DNA of 64,000 nt from contig CAWJMB010000007.1 in NCBI GenBank assembly GCA_963843845.1, positions 32,875 through 96,874 on the forward strand, read 5' to 3'. Source of the DNA: an uncultured Gemmatimonadaceae bacterium. Lineage in GTDB: Bacteria; Gemmatimonadota; Gemmatimonadetes; Gemmatimonadales; Gemmatimonadaceae. The notes beneath the pieces were generated by a model. That model had not been told where the DNA came from, made no database searches, and was given only the letters and a program-made list of their open reading frames with translations. Of this stretch, positions 1 through 12,213 are shown piece after piece (position 1 is the stretch's first letter; each line of letters begins with the position of its first letter). Made by a program: the position numbers and the translations under genes.

Positions 1-453
1 CTACCTGTCGAAGCTCTACAACGACGAGTGGATGCGCGAGAACCAGCTGCTCGAGCCGGACCGCGCGACGCTCGGCCACCTGCTCGCGCAAGCGCGGCGA
101 CGGCGTGCCGGCGCTCGTGAGCACGGCGCCCGGCGCGCTCGTGCGGCAGGCGCTCGGCCTCATGCGGCTGCACGACGTGTCGCAGCTCCCCGTGATGGAC
201 GGCGACCAGTGCGTCGGCAGCGTCACCGAGTATCACCTCACGACGCGCGGTCTCGAGAGCACGCCGCTTCCTCGACGCGACGGTGGGCGAGGTGATGGAC
301 GAGGCGTTCCCGACGGTCGACGCCGCGCAGCCGGTGGACACGGTCCCGAAGCTGCTGTCGAAGGCGACGCCGGCGCTGCTCGTGACCGAGGGCGGCCGCG
401 TCACCGGCATCGTCACGCGGAGCGACATGCTGGAGTTCGTGATGTCGCGGTAG
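1..453 (+). CDS. Cystathionine beta-synthase, C-terminal part with CBS domains (partial, apparent frameshifts)
   Basis: Begins YLSKLYNDEWMREN, then CBS-like segments (LMRLHDVSQLPVMDG..VGSVTE; GIVTRSDML) spread over several frames; TAG at 451-453. Confidence 0.8.
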
Positions 454-458
454 GCGCC

Positions 459-1511
<1,053 letters not shown>

Positions 1512-1599
1512 CGCTCGCGCGCCGCCCCGGAACCGAACGTCCGCGACGGTGTTTGCGTAGAGGGTGTCTCGCACTTCCTTCGCAGGTCAGAACGGTCCC

Positions 1600-2547
1600 A
1601 TGGCTTTCCCCGGGTCGTCCGACGACTACTCGACCCCGCGGCTCACGCCCGCGGTGTCGTGGCTGATCGCGCTGAACGTCGCGATCTACTTCGTGCAGCT
1701 CACGCTGCAGAAGGACTTCCCGACGGTCCTCGGCTTCCAGGTCACCGACCTGCGGCGGCAGGCGCCGTGGACCGTGCTCACGTACATGTTCGTGCACGCC
1801 GGGTTCTGGCACCTCGCGCTGAACATGTACACGCTGTGGGTGTTCGGGCCGCGCGTGGAGCGGGCGATGGGGACGCGGGCGTTCGCGCTGTTCTACACGT
1901 GGTGCGGGCTCGGCGGCGCGGCGTTCCACGGGCTGTTCGTGGGGCCAGACGCGCTGCTCGTCGGCGCGTCGGCGGCGATCTTCGGCGTCGTGCTCGCGTA
2001 CGCGATGCGGTGGCCGGACGACGAGGCGTACTTCTTCGGCGTCGTGCCGATGAAGATGCGCTGGATGCTCTGGGCGATGGTCGTGACGAACGTCGGCATG
2101 GGCGCCGCGAGCATGGCGAGCGGCGAAGCGGGGGGCATCGCCTACGCCGCACACGTGGGCGGCCTCGCGTTCGGCCTCGCGTATCTGTTGTGGCCGAGCC
2201 CGCCATCGGTCGACCGGCTGCGCCAGCGCGTGTCGACGGCGCCCGACCTCGGCGACGAGCCGCCGCGCCCGGTGCCGCGGTCGATGCCGCGCCCGCGCGA
2301 GCGACAGAGCGAGGTCGACGAGGTCGTCGAGCAGAGCAAGGCGCTCACGCTGAACAAGCCGCCGCGCCCGGTGCTCCCGGCCCCGCCGCGCCCTGTCGCG
2401 CCGCCGCCGGTGCCGGTGCCGGTGCTCAGCCACCGCGAGGCGCTCGACCTGGTGCTCGACAAGATCTCGGAGCAGGGGCTGGCGAGTCTGACGCTCGAGG
2501 AGCGGTCGCTCCTCGACGAGATGAGTCGGACGTTGCGGGATCGCTGA
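1600..2547 (+). CDS. Rhomboid family intramembrane serine protease
   Basis: [21 protein letters not shown], catalytic GASA, AHVGG; Pro-rich linker and C-terminal [17 protein letters not shown] domain. Confidence 0.92.
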   Translation: MAFPGSSDDYSTPRLTPAVSWLIALNVAIYFVQLTLQKDFPTVLGFQVTDLRRQAPWTVLTYMFVHAGFWHLALNMYTLWVFGPRVERAMGTRAFALFYTWCGLGGAAFHGLFVGPDALLVGASAAIFGVVLAYAMRWPDDEAYFFGVVPMKMRWMLWAMVVTNVGMGAASMASGEAGGIAYAAHVGGLAFGLAYLLWPSPPSVDRLRQRVSTAPDLGDEPPRPVPRSMPRPRERQSEVDEVVEQSKALTLNKPPRPVLPAPPRPVAPPPVPVPVLSHREALDLVLDKISEQGLASLTLEERSLLDEMSRTLRDR

Positions 2548-2577
2548 TCTCGGCGACGGCGCGGTTAGAATTGGAGT

Positions 2578-2977
2578 ATGCCGAAGCCCGAACTGCTGGA
2601 GACCTTCGCGAATCCGTATCCGGACCGCGACTACGAGATCGCGATGGAGACGGCGGAGTTCACGTCGCTCTGTCCGTTGGGCGGGATCGAAGGGGACGCG
2701 AGCGACCTCAAGGCGCTCGACGGCGGCGCGCCCGGACTTCGCGACGATCCGGATCCGCTACGTGCCGGCGGCGCAGTGCGTGGAGCTGAAGAGCCTCAAG
2801 CTCTACCTGTGGAGCTTCCGGAACGACGGCATCTTCTACGAACGCGCCGTGAACCGCATCCTCGACGACCTCGGGGCGGCGGTACAGCCGAAGTCGATGG
2901 AGATCGTCGGGGACTTCAACGTGCGCGGCGGGATCAAGTCGGTGATCTCGGCCCGATGGCCGCTGACGTCGGCGTGA
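2578..2977 (+). CDS. queF: NADPH-dependent 7-cyano-7-deazaguanine (preQ0) reductase, one apparent frameshift near 2731
   Basis: [58 protein letters not shown]. Confidence 0.9.
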
Positions 2978-3048
2978 GGGCGGCGTGACGCGTCCGTCCC
3001 AGGTTGCTCGCGAGGCGCCGAGCGTCTAGACTTCGCCCTCGCTTCAGG

Positions 3049-3121
3049 GGCCAGGTAGCTCAGTTGGTAGAGCACCAGACTGAAAATCTGGGTGTCGTCG
3101 GTTCGATTCCGACCCTGGCCA
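3049..3121 (+). tRNA. tRNA-Phe (GAA), CCA not encoded
   Basis: Acceptor stem GGCCAGG/CCTGGCC, D arm GTAGCTCAGTTGGTAGAGC, anticodon arm CCAGA-CTGAAAA-TCTGG, T loop GGTTCGATTCC. Confidence 0.97.
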
Positions 3122-3328
3122 CTTCGCCACCCCGGACGTGGCGCGACATCGCGGACAGCGAGATCGTCGCAATCGCTCCGAACGTCTCGAGCCGAACGTG
3201 TCGAGCGCCGCTGCCGCGCGGAATGACGATCGCCGAGCGCGCCGGTTAGATAAGCTCCGTCAACGGACGCGTCGGACGGCTCGTGCATGGAGCCGCCGTG
3301 ACCGGCGCCCATCGCGCGGAGAACCAGC

Positions 3329-3628
3329 ATGTCGCAACGCTTCGGCCGTTCGGGGCCTTCCTCGCGCCCGGCGCATCCCACCCCCTACACCGACTTCTTC
3401 GACGGACTCGGCGCGGGGCTCAAACACGTCAACCGAGCGAGCCAGGGGCTGCACACGCTCCTGCGTCGCCGAGCGGAGAGTGCGGACGTCGACCTGCGGG
3501 TCGACGGGCAGCCGTTCGACCCGGCGTTCCTGCCGGCGCTCATGGACGAGGTGATCGCCGCGGCGCTCGCGATGAAAGAGGCCGCGGAGCTGTACTCGAA
3601 GCGGCGCGGCGCCGTCGACCAGTGGTGA
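3329..3628 (+). CDS. Hypothetical protein (99 aa)
   Basis: GGAG RBS, ATG start, host-like codon usage; no recognised motif. Confidence 0.6.
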   Translation: MSQRFGRSGPSSRPAHPTPYTDFFDGLGAGLKHVNRASQGLHTLLRRRAESADVDLRVDGQPFDPAFLPALMDEVIAAALAMKEAAELYSKRRGAVDQW

Positions 3629-3916
3629 GCGAGGCGTAGGGGCAGGCGACGCTGGCGTCCATCCGGCTGAGTCGTCCCGGCCACGTGGCACCGCGACGAC
3701 GCGGTGCCCTCCGCCGTATCGGCCTGGCGGCGCCGTGGGCGCGTGAACGCGAGACGCCGCGCTCGCACTCGTTCTGCCAGCACGTCGTCGCGCGTTCGCG
3801 CCGCGGCTCGCCGCGCTCGCCGCGCTCGCCGAGGCAGAATTCGGCGCGGCGGCGGACCGTGTGACGGGCCCATGGCTTGCCCTGTCTCACGGGCGAGGGT
3901 GACCCGGAGCGAGCCA

Positions 3917-4723
3917 ATGGCGACGAAGCACGTGATCGAGGCGCGCAGGACGGTGGACCGGGTGGTGGCGGAGTCGGAGCGCACGGAGCGCGAACGGATC
4001 GAGGGCGCCGCGACGCGCGCCGCGGTGCGCCGGGTGCGTGAGCTGCGGCGACGGCGGGGGGTTCGCCGGTTCGTCTACGAGAACGGCCTGTCGCTCGTCG
4101 CGACGGCGCTCTTCGCCCTCTCGTTCGTCGGCCAGGTGCTCACCGGCCGCGCGGAGTACAACGACGAGCGGCGCGACCACGGCCAGCCGTCGGTGTCGGT
4201 CGCCGGCTACCTGCGGACGGGCGCGTTCGTCGAAGCGACGGCGGAGAACTGGGAGTCGGAGTTCCTGCAGATGGGCCTCCTCGTCGTCCTCACGGCGATG
4301 CTCTACCAGCGTGGCTCGTCGGAGTCGAAGAGCATCGAGGAGCCGGCGGCGGTCGATCAGCGCCCCGAAGTGGCACGTGGCGACCCGGACGCGCCGTGGC
4401 CGGTGCGACGCGGGGGCGTCGCGCTCGCGCTGTACAAGCACTCGCTGAGCCTCGTACTCTTCCTGCTGTTCGCTGCGTCGTTCGTGCTGCACGCGTTCGG
4501 CGGAGCGGCGCAGTACAACGAAGAGCAGCGTCAGCACGCAGGCGCGACCGTCTCCGCACTCGGCTTCGCCGGCACGAGCACGTTCTGGTTCCAGTCGTTC
4601 CAGAACTGGCAGAGCGAATTTCTGTCGGTCGGCGTGCTCGTCGTGCTCTCGATCTGGTTGCGCGAACAGGGGTCGCCGCAGTCGAAACCCGTCGCCGCAG
4701 GGTATGACGAGACGGGAGAGTGA
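3917..4723 (+). CDS. DUF6766-like membrane protein
   Basis: Duplicated motifs ENWESEFLQ and FQNWQSEFL, GSSESK / GSPQSKPV, several TM helices. Confidence 0.8.
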   Translation: MATKHVIEARRTVDRVVAESERTERERIEGAATRAAVRRVRELRRRRGVRRFVYENGLSLVATALFALSFVGQVLTGRAEYNDERRDHGQPSVSVAGYLRTGAFVEATAENWESEFLQMGLLVVLTAMLYQRGSSESKSIEEPAAVDQRPEVARGDPDAPWPVRRGGVALALYKHSLSLVLFLLFAASFVLHAFGGAAQYNEEQRQHAGATVSALGFAGTSTFWFQSFQNWQSEFLSVGVLVVLSIWLREQGSPQSKPVAAGYDETGE

Positions 4724-5931
4724 ACGGTATGGCGCCACGGCACGACGCGGTAGCACGCGACTCGACAGGGAGCGACTCGGCGCGGAGCGACTCGGCGCGG
4801 CTCTACCGCATGCTCGTCGAGAGCGTCCGCGACTACGCGATCTTCGCGATCGACCCTGACGGCTACGTCCTGACCTGGAACGCCGGCGCCGCGCGCCTGA
4901 AGGGGTACCGCGGCGACGAGATCATCGGCCAGCACTTCTCGCGCTTCTACACGGCCGAGCGCGTCGCCGAAGGCTTCCCGCAGTACGAGCTCGAAGTCGC
5001 GCAGCGCGACGGCCGCTTCGAGGACGAGGGGTGGCGCGTCAGAAAAGACGGCACGCACTTCTGGGCGAACGTCGTCATCACCGCGCTCCGCGACGTCGAC
5101 GGCCAGCTCATGGGCTTCGCGAAGGTCACCCGCGACCTGACCGAGCGCCGCGCCGCGCAGGAGCGCGCGATCCTCGACGCGCGCCGCCTCGCCGAGGTGG
5201 AAGCGGGGAGCCGCGCGCGGAGCGAGTTCCTGACGGCGATGTCGCACGAGCTCCGCACCCCGATCAACGCGACCCTCGGCTACCTCGAGCTGATCGAGCT
5301 CGGGATCGGCGGCACCGGCGGGGCGACCCCACCGCGGCAGCAGGACTACCTGCGCCGCATCCGCGGTAGTCAGCAGCACCTGCTGCGCATCGTCACCGAC
5401 CTGCTGGACTACGGTCGGATCGAAGCCGGGCGCATCGCGTACGACCGCGCTCCCGTCTCGCTCGGCGGCGTCATTCGCACGGTGCTGCCGATGATCGAGC
5501 CGCAGGCGGCGGCGAAGGGGCTCGTGCTCGACGGCGATGGCGTGGGCACCCCCGATCGCAGCGACGATCGCAGCGACGACGCCATCGCGCTCGGCGACCG
5601 CGGGCGGATCGAGCAGATCGTGCTGAACCTGCTGTCGAACGCCGTGAAGTTCACGCCGCCCGGTGGGCGCGTGGTCGTGCGCTGTCTCGTGACCGAGGAG
5701 CGCGCCGTCGTCGCGGTGGACGATACGGGGCCCGGAGTGCCGGCGAGCGAGCAGGAGGCGATCTTCGAGCCGTTCGTGCAGCTCGGGCGGACGCTGACGA
5801 GCGGGCACGAGGGGACCGGGCTGGGGCTCGCGATCAGCCGCGAGATGGCGCGGGGGATGGGCGGAGAGCTCGAGGTCGAGAGCGGGACCGGGTCGGGAGC
5901 GACGTTTCGGCTCGTGTTGGCGCGAGGGTAG
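4720..5931 (+). CDS. PAS-domain sensor histidine kinase
   Basis: PAS (DYAIFAIDPDGYVLTWNAGA; RKDGTHFWA), H-box MSHELRTP, NLLSNAVKFT, DTGPG, GTGLGLAI. Confidence 0.95.
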   Translation: MNGMAPRHDAVARDSTGSDSARSDSARLYRMLVESVRDYAIFAIDPDGYVLTWNAGAARLKGYRGDEIIGQHFSRFYTAERVAEGFPQYELEVAQRDGRFEDEGWRVRKDGTHFWANVVITALRDVDGQLMGFAKVTRDLTERRAAQERAILDARRLAEVEAGSRARSEFLTAMSHELRTPINATLGYLELIELGIGGTGGATPPRQQDYLRRIRGSQQHLLRIVTDLLDYGRIEAGRIAYDRAPVSLGGVIRTVLPMIEPQAAAKGLVLDGDGVGTPDRSDDRSDDAIALGDRGRIEQIVLNLLSNAVKFTPPGGRVVVRCLVTEERAVVAVDDTGPGVPASEQEAIFEPFVQLGRTLTSGHEGTGLGLAISREMARGMGGELEVESGTGSGATFRLVLARG

Positions 5932-5958
5932 AGCGGACGGCGCGGCGGGACTCGACGC

Positions 5959-8900
5959 TCAGGGCAGCGGCGCGGCGTCCGTGGCAGCGGCAGGCAGCGT
6001 GATCGTGAACGTCGATCCGACGCCCACCACGCTCTCGACGGTCAGCGTCCCTCCCATCCCCTCGGCCAGGTCGCGGCTGATCGCGAGGCCGAGTCCCGAA
6101 CCGTCGCGCGACCGCGTGAGCCGCGAGTCGACCTGCACGAACGGCTCGAAGATCGCCGAGAGCCGCTCGGCGGGGATGCCGATGCCGGTGTCGCGCACGG
6201 AGATCGCGACGCGCGATGCATCGGCCGCGTCGCGCAGACAGTGCACCGCGATCGTTCCCGGCGTGTCGGTGAACTTGACGGCGTTCGTCAGGAGGTTCAC
6301 GAGGATCTGCTGCAGCTTGTCGCGGTCCGCGCGCACGGCGAGCGGCGGACCGTCGTGGCGCCATGCCGTCGGGCGCCATGCCGTCGGGCGCCATGCCGTC
6401 GGGCGCCATGCCGGTCGGCGCTGCCTCGGGCCACGGCGCGTCGTAGACGAGCCCGCGCGCGCGGGCCTGCGGGCCGACGAGCAGCTCGACGTCTTCGAGG
6501 ACCGGCGCGAGTGGCACGTCGCGCACGTCGTACTCGACGCGCCCGGCCTCGAGCTTCGCGAAGTTCAGCACGTCGGTGATGAGGCCCAGGAGGTGCTGCT
6601 GGCTGCGCCGGATGCGATCGAGGTCGCCGAGCTGCTGGTCCGTCACGGGGCCGCGGATGCCTAACGCGATCAGCTCGGCGTAGCCGCCGATCGCGTTCAG
6701 CGGGGTGCGCAGCTCGTGACTCATGTTCGCGAGGAACTGGCTCTTCGCCTGGTTCGCCGCCTCGGCGCCGCTCCGCGCCTCCTCCGCCTCGACGCGCGCG
6801 GCCTCGGCGGCGGCGCGCAGCGCGCGCTCGGTCTCGAACGCGCGCGCGGCCTCCGCGGCGGGCCACAGCCGCGCCGCCGCCGCCTGCACGAGCTCGACCT
6901 CGCGCGCCGACCACGCACGCGGCACGTCCTCGGTGACCGCGAGCGAGCCGACGAGCTGGCCACGCCGCACGAGCGGCACGCTCACGAGGGCGCGCACGCC
7001 GATGGGCGCGTAGTGCGTCGCGTGCCACGCCGCGGTCCGCGCGTCCGCGGCCGTGTCGTCGACGACGACCGTTCGCCCCGCGACCTGCTCGTCGATCAGC
7101 GACGGGGGACGGTCGGGGAGGATGTCGCCGCTCGTCAGCGCGCCCGCGCCGCGCACGTGATCGTGCCGCACGGACGACTCGCGCCGATCGACGTCTCCCA
7201 TCTCTGTGACGATGCACCGCGCGGCGCCGAGGTACCGCACGAGCCGGCCCTGCGCCTCGTCGAACAGCGCGTCGGCCGAACCGGGCTGCTGCATCGCCGC
7301 GGCGAATGCGAACAGGAACTCGCGGTCCGCCTCGGCGCGGACCGAGGCGGTCACGTCCTCGGCCGTCGTGCCGACGGCGATGATCTCGCCGTCCGCGCGC
7401 GCGCCGCGCCGCACCGGGAAGTAGCTCGCCTTGAAGTGCCGCACGCCGCCGAGCGCCGCGGGGCGGTCTTCGACGAGGTCGAGATTCCGCAGCGCTTCGC
7501 CGGTCGCGAGCACGCGCTCGAACATCGCGTTCACCGGCCCGGCGATGCGCGGCAGCACCTCTTCGATGCGCCGCCCGAGGTGCGCCGACACCGGCAGGCC
7601 GTTGATGCGCGCCAGCTCCTCGTTGATCCGCAGGTAGCGCAGGTCGCGGTCGAAGAACGCGAGCCCCACCGGCGCGCTGGCGAACACGCCGTCGAGGAGC
7701 CCGAACGAGTCGGCCACTTCGTCGGCCAGCTGCGCGCGGGCGAGCGCCTGGGCCGCCTGCCGGCCGAACGCGAGGAAGAACGCGCGGTCGTCGTCGGTGA
7801 AGCGCCGCGGCGCGTCGAACAGGAGCGGCGTCGCGCCGACGACCTGGCCTGCCGCGACGAGCGGGATCGTGGCGGCCGCGTGCACGCCCATCCGCTCCCA
7901 GACGTCGGCCACCCACGGAAAGCGTGCGCGCATCCCGTCGTCGCCGTCGCGCGATTCGATGAACACCGGCTCGCCCGTGCGGAGCGCGTGCCCGGTCGGC
8001 CCCGGCAACGAGATGGGAAAGCGCGCGTAGTCGAGCGCGACGTCCGGATCGAAGCCACCGTGCCGCACCATCGCCGCCTCGTTCGTGCCGGTGAGGCGCA
8101 CGGCGAGCGAGCCGGCGACGGCGCCTGTCGCGGCGAACCCTTCGTCGACGACGACGCGCGCCACGTCGTCGACCGTCCGCGCGCCGGCGAGCGCAGAGGC
8201 GAGCGACAGCAGACTCGCGCCGCGCGCCGTCGTCGCCGCGAGCTCCGCGCGTTCGGCGCGCAGCATCATGACCAGCGCCGCCGAGGCGTCGGCCGCAGCG
8301 GCGAGCCGGCCGTTCGCGACGCGCAGCGCGATCTCGGTCGTCGCGGCGCGTCCGAGATCGCCGAGCAGCGCGACGTCGTCCGCACTCCAGGCGCGCGCGC
8401 GCAGGTCCATCACGCACACCGTCCCGATCGGCTGGCCGTCGAGCAGGATCGGCACGCCGGCGTATGCGTGCACGCCGAGCTGCGTGACCGAGGCCATGTC
8501 GCGTGTGCGCGGATCGAGGCGCGTGTCCGGAATCACGAGCGCCCCGGGCGATCCGTCGCCTGCCGCGAGCGCGCCGAGCGCCGCGTCGGCGATCGTGAGC
8601 CGGCAGAACGAGACGTCGAGTGGTGTCTCGCGCCGTTCTGCGAGCTCCGCCGGCATCCCGACGCACGCCGTGTAGAACTGCCGCTCGGCGTCGACGAGCG
8701 TGACGGTGGCGACCGGTGCGCTCAGCAGCCGCGCCGCGAGCGCCGCGATCCGGTCGAACGACGCCTCCGGAGGCGAGTCGAGCAGCCCGGTCGCGCGGAG
8801 CGCCGCGAGGCGCGCCGGGTCATGCACGACGCGCTGGACGTCGCGCTCGCTGTCGCGTGGCGCGTCGCGTGGCGCGTCGCGCTGGCGCGTCGCGCTGGAC

Positions 8901-8989
8901 GTCGCGCGGCACGGAACGGTGTGCCGTTTCCGGCACGGCGGCCTCGTGCGAGCGCATGGCGGAACATAACGTGCCCACCCGCCGCTCAT
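5959..8989 (-). CDS. GAF/PAS sensor histidine kinase (apparent frameshift near 6350; true start may lie downstream of 8989)
   Basis: GAF (RLAALRATGLLDSPPEASFDR), PAS (APVGLAFFDRDLRYLRIN), MSHELRTPLNAI; HATPase (NLLTNAVKFT, DTGIGI, GSGLGLAI) in the adjacent frame 5959-6336. Confidence 0.9.
6357..6412. repeat. 15-bp tandem repeat (CCATGCCGTCGGGCG) x3 plus partial, encoding GMAPD
   Basis: Read directly. Confidence 0.9.
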
Positions 8990-9380
8990 GACTCACCCGC
9001 GCTGGATCGGGCGCGCGCTGGCCGCGATCGCGCTGCTGCACTGTGTCTACGGAGCCGTACACTGGCGCGCCCCGCTCGCCGCGATGCTCGCCGACGGCCT
9101 CTGGAACTCGCTCGGCGACGACCCGGCGCGACTGGCGGGGTTCTGGTTCCAGGTCGCCGGGTGGATCCTCTTCCTCGTCGCGGCGCTCGCGGACGCCACG
9201 GAGCGGCGCGGCGACGGGCTGCCGCCGGCGTTCACGTGGGGGCTGCTCGCGAGCGCGATCGTCGGCTGCGTCGTCTTCCCGCGGTCGGCGTACTGGCTCG
9301 TGCTCGCGGTCGCGGTCGGCGCACTCGTGGGTGACCGCGCGACGCCGACCGTGGCCGAGCGCCGGCGCGCCGCCCCATGA
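8988..9380 (+). CDS. Small membrane protein (DUF6463-like)
   Basis: RWIGRALAAIALLH, FWFQVAG, FPRSAYWL; four hydrophobic helices. Confidence 0.7.
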   Translation: MTHPRWIGRALAAIALLHCVYGAVHWRAPLAAMLADGLWNSLGDDPARLAGFWFQVAGWILFLVAALADATERRGDGLPPAFTWGLLASAIVGCVVFPRSAYWLVLAVAVGALVGDRATPTVAERRRAAP

Positions 9381-10153
9381 ACGACGCGTCGCGCGCCGCG
9401 CCGCAGCGCCGCGCCTTCCTGTCGGCGCAGTGGCGGTACCTGTTGATGCTGAACTACGACGTTCCCGCCGAGGTGCTGGAGCCGCTCGTGCCGGCGGGCA
9501 CGGTGCTCGATCGCTGGCGGGGGCGTGCGCTCGCGAGCGTCGTCGGCTTCCGCTTTCTTCGCACGTCCGTCCTCGGCGTGCCGGTGCCGTTCCACCGCGA
9601 CTTCGACGAGGTGAATCTGCGCTTCTACGTGAAGCGGACGATCGCTGGCGGGGAAGTGCGGCGCGGCGTCGTGTTCGTGCGCGAGCTCGTGCCGCGCCGC
9701 GCGATCGCCGCCGTGGCGCGGCTCGTCTACAACGAGCCGTATCGCGCGGTGATGATGCGCAGCGCGGCGCCGGCCGGTCCGACCGACGCGCCGGGCCGAG
9801 TCTCGTACGCGTGGCGCGCGCGCCGCCGTGGCGCCGAGTGGGAGCATGTCGCGGCGACGGCGGTCGGCGCGCCCGCGGTCCCGCCGCTCGACGCCGAGGC
9901 GACGTTCGTCACCGAGCACTACTGGGGGTACACGCGCCAGCGCGACGGCGGCACGGTCGAGTACGAGGTCGCGCACCCGCGGTGGCGCGTGTGGAGCGCG
10001 GAGGCGCCGGAGCTTCGCGTGGACGTGGCCGCGCTGTACGGCCGGCCGTTCGCCGAGCCGTTGCGCGGGCTCCCGGCGTCGGCGTTCATCGCCGAGGGGT
10101 CGCCGGTCGTCGTGTATCGACCGAGGCGGCTGAGGGTGGCCGACACGCGGTAG
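9377..10153 (+). CDS. DUF2071 / YqjF family protein
   Basis: FLSAQWRYLLMLNY, FDEVNLRFYV, FVTEHYWGY, YEVAHPRW. Confidence 0.88.
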   Translation: MNDASRAAPQRRAFLSAQWRYLLMLNYDVPAEVLEPLVPAGTVLDRWRGRALASVVGFRFLRTSVLGVPVPFHRDFDEVNLRFYVKRTIAGGEVRRGVVFVRELVPRRAIAAVARLVYNEPYRAVMMRSAAPAGPTDAPGRVSYAWRARRRGAEWEHVAATAVGAPAVPPLDAEATFVTEHYWGYTRQRDGGTVEYEVAHPRWRVWSAEAPELRVDVAALYGRPFAEPLRGLPASAFIAEGSPVVVYRPRRLRVADTR

Positions 10154-10189
10154 GCGCGGCCAGCACACGTCAGGCGCCGACCTTCGACG

Positions 10190-11407
10190 TCAGTCCTTGT
10201 ACGGGTCGAACTCGTCCGCCCCCGCCATGACGACGACGAGGGGCGTCAGCGTGTGCAGCACGTCGATCGTCTCGCCCTGCGCCGCGAGCACGTCGGGGAG
10301 CCGCCGGTAGACCTGCGGCGCCTCGTCGAGCCCGCCCCCGCGGAGCTGCACGCCTAACGGCGCGAGCCAGTCGCGCATCATCTCCTCGGAGATCAGCCCC
10401 GGCGAGACGACGCGCGCCTTCGGTCCCCACCCTTTCACCTTGCCGCGCGCCGCGGTGCGCGACATCACGCGTCCGGCGCCGTGCACGGTGGAGTAGAGCG
10501 CCGCGCGCTGCGTGTCGCTGTCGGCGGCGCTTCCGGCGAGGATCACCGACTCGTCGCCCATCGATCCGCCGACGAATCCGCGCTGCCCCGGAAACGCCGG
10601 CGTCGCGCCCTTGCGGACGACGACGAGCTCGCGCCCGTCGTGCGCTTCCTTCCAGGCGAAGTTGTGGTGGTTGTGCACGAGCTCCAGCTCGCGCCCGCCG
10701 AGGAGCTCGACGACCTTGCGCGCGACCCACTCGCGGCCGGCGTACGCGTACTCGCCGGCGAGCGACATGAGCGACCAGTAGCCGTCGCCGACCGGCGTCG
10801 CGAGGTCGAGCAGCGCCTCGCGCTCCGGCACGCGTGCCCCCCACGCCGCGCCCTGCGACAGCGCGAGGAAGCCGGACGCGATGGTGTGGCCGAGCCCGCG
10901 CGAGCCGAAGTGGACGCCGACCCAGACGGCGCCCGTCTCGTCGGCGAACACGTCGACGTAGTGATTGCCGCTGCCGACGGTGCCGAACTGGGCGCGCGCT
11001 TTCGCCTGGAGCGTCTCGCGGTTGGCCGCCTTCGGCAGCGCGTTCCACGCCGGCGACGCGAACAGTGGGTGGTCGGTCGGCGCCTCGTCGTCGCGGTTGT
11101 GGCGGCCGACGCCGAACGCGACGGCGCGCTGGATCTCGTCGGCGACATGCGACCAGTCGTCCGGCGCGAAGTCGTGGACCATGCGATCGGTGCGGATGGC
11201 CGCGTTGCCGCACCCGATGTCGAAGCCGACGCCGACGACCGACACCTGGTTGTCGTACGCCGCGACGCCGCCGATCGGCATCACGTACCCGACGTGCCCG
11301 TCGCCCATCAGCGCGACGCGCTCGGCGCGCGACGCGACGTCTCGAAGCTGCTTCAGCGTGGTCTCGTCATGCGTGCCGAAGACGGCACCGACGTTCGTGT
11401 CGCTCAT
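10190..11407 (-). CDS. rtcB: RtcB family RNA ligase
   Basis: DGHVGYVMPIGGV, GFDIGCG, GTVGSGNHY, HFGSRGLG, HNHHN, RKGATPA, PGSMG-like GGSMG, HGAGR, DEAPQVY. Confidence 0.95.
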   Translation of the reverse strand: MSDTNVGAVFGTHDETTLKQLRDVASRAERVALMGDGHVGYVMPIGGVAAYDNQVSVVGVGFDIGCGNAAIRTDRMVHDFAPDDWSHVADEIQRAVAFGVGRHNRDDEAPTDHPLFASPAWNALPKAANRETLQAKARAQFGTVGSGNHYVDVFADETGAVWVGVHFGSRGLGHTIASGFLALSQGAAWGARVPEREALLDLATPVGDGYWSLMSLAGEYAYAGREWVARKVVELLGGRELELVHNHHNFAWKEAHDGRELVVVRKGATPAFPGQRGFVGGSMGDESVILAGSAADSDTQRAALYSTVHGAGRVMSRTAARGKVKGWGPKARVVSPGLISEEMMRDWLAPLGVQLRGGGLDEAPQVYRRLPDVLAAQGETIDVLHTLTPLVVVMAGADEFDPYKD

Positions 11408-11686
11408 GGACGGTCACGTGTGGAGTGGCGATCCGAACGACGCGGTGCAAGTGACGGTCCGGGGTGCCTAACGCTTCACGAGTCGCTCGCGCCGAACAGC
11501 GCGACCTCGGCGCTGTGGTCCGTCCGGCGGGTCACGCCGGCGCGGTCGAGGTGGACGGCGGGCGGGACGCATGACGGGACGCGATCAGAGAGGGCCGAAC
11601 GTAGCATTCGGCGTCGCGCTCGCCGCCCCGCTCGACGCGTGTGCTGCACGACCCACGACGATCCACGACCGACCCACGACCGACCC

Positions 11687-12208
11687 ATGATCGACATCCC
11701 GACGCTCACGACCGACCGGCTGTTCTTCCGCGCACTTCACGAGCGCGACCTGGACGCCTACGCCGGGATGATGGCCGACCCCGAGGTCACCCGCTTCCTC
11801 GGCGACGGCCAGCCGCTGACCCGCGTCGACGCATGGCGTCAGATGGCGATGCTCCTCGGGCACTGGCAGCTCCGCGGCTTCGGGCTGTGGGCCGTCGAGG
11901 AGCGCGCGACGGGGGCGTTCGTCGGCCGCATCGGCTGCTTCGAGCCGGAAGGGTGGCCGGAGTTCGAGGTCGGCTACGTGCTCGCGCGGCACGCGTGGGG
12001 GAAGGGGTACGCGCGCGAAGGAGCCGCCGCGGCGCTCGCCTACGCGCGCGAGACGCTCGGCCGCCGGACCGTCGTCAGCGTCATCTTCGACGGGAACGAG
12101 CGCTCGGTGGGTGTCGCGACGTCGTTCGGCGCCACGCGCGACGGTTCGGCGACGCTGTTCGGGCGGCGCGCGCACATCTACCGCTACCCGCCGCCGCGTC
12201 CGCGCTGA
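11687..12208 (+). CDS. RimJ/RimL-type GNAT acetyltransferase
   Basis: IPTLTTDRLFFR, EVGYVLARHAWGKGYARE, NERS. Confidence 0.9.
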   Translation: MIDIPTLTTDRLFFRALHERDLDAYAGMMADPEVTRFLGDGQPLTRVDAWRQMAMLLGHWQLRGFGLWAVEERATGAFVGRIGCFEPEGWPEFEVGYVLARHAWGKGYAREGAAAALAYARETLGRRTVVSVIFDGNERSVGVATSFGATRDGSATLFGRRAHIYRYPPPRPR

Positions 12209-12213
12209 CCGGG

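Noticed and set aside
3049..3330. tRNA-Phe as an integration site of an island
   Set aside because: No integrase, no duplicated tRNA 3' end noticed, and downstream genes have host-like composition
10190..11407. rtcB as part of an RNA-repair or defence system
   Set aside because: No rtcA, rtcR, Ro60/Y RNA or prfH nearby; a stand-alone rtcB is common
11466..11530. Intergenic GCCTAAC upstream of rtcB read as a solitary attC
   Set aside because: No inner boxes or closing GTTAGGC; counted only as a dispersed motif copy
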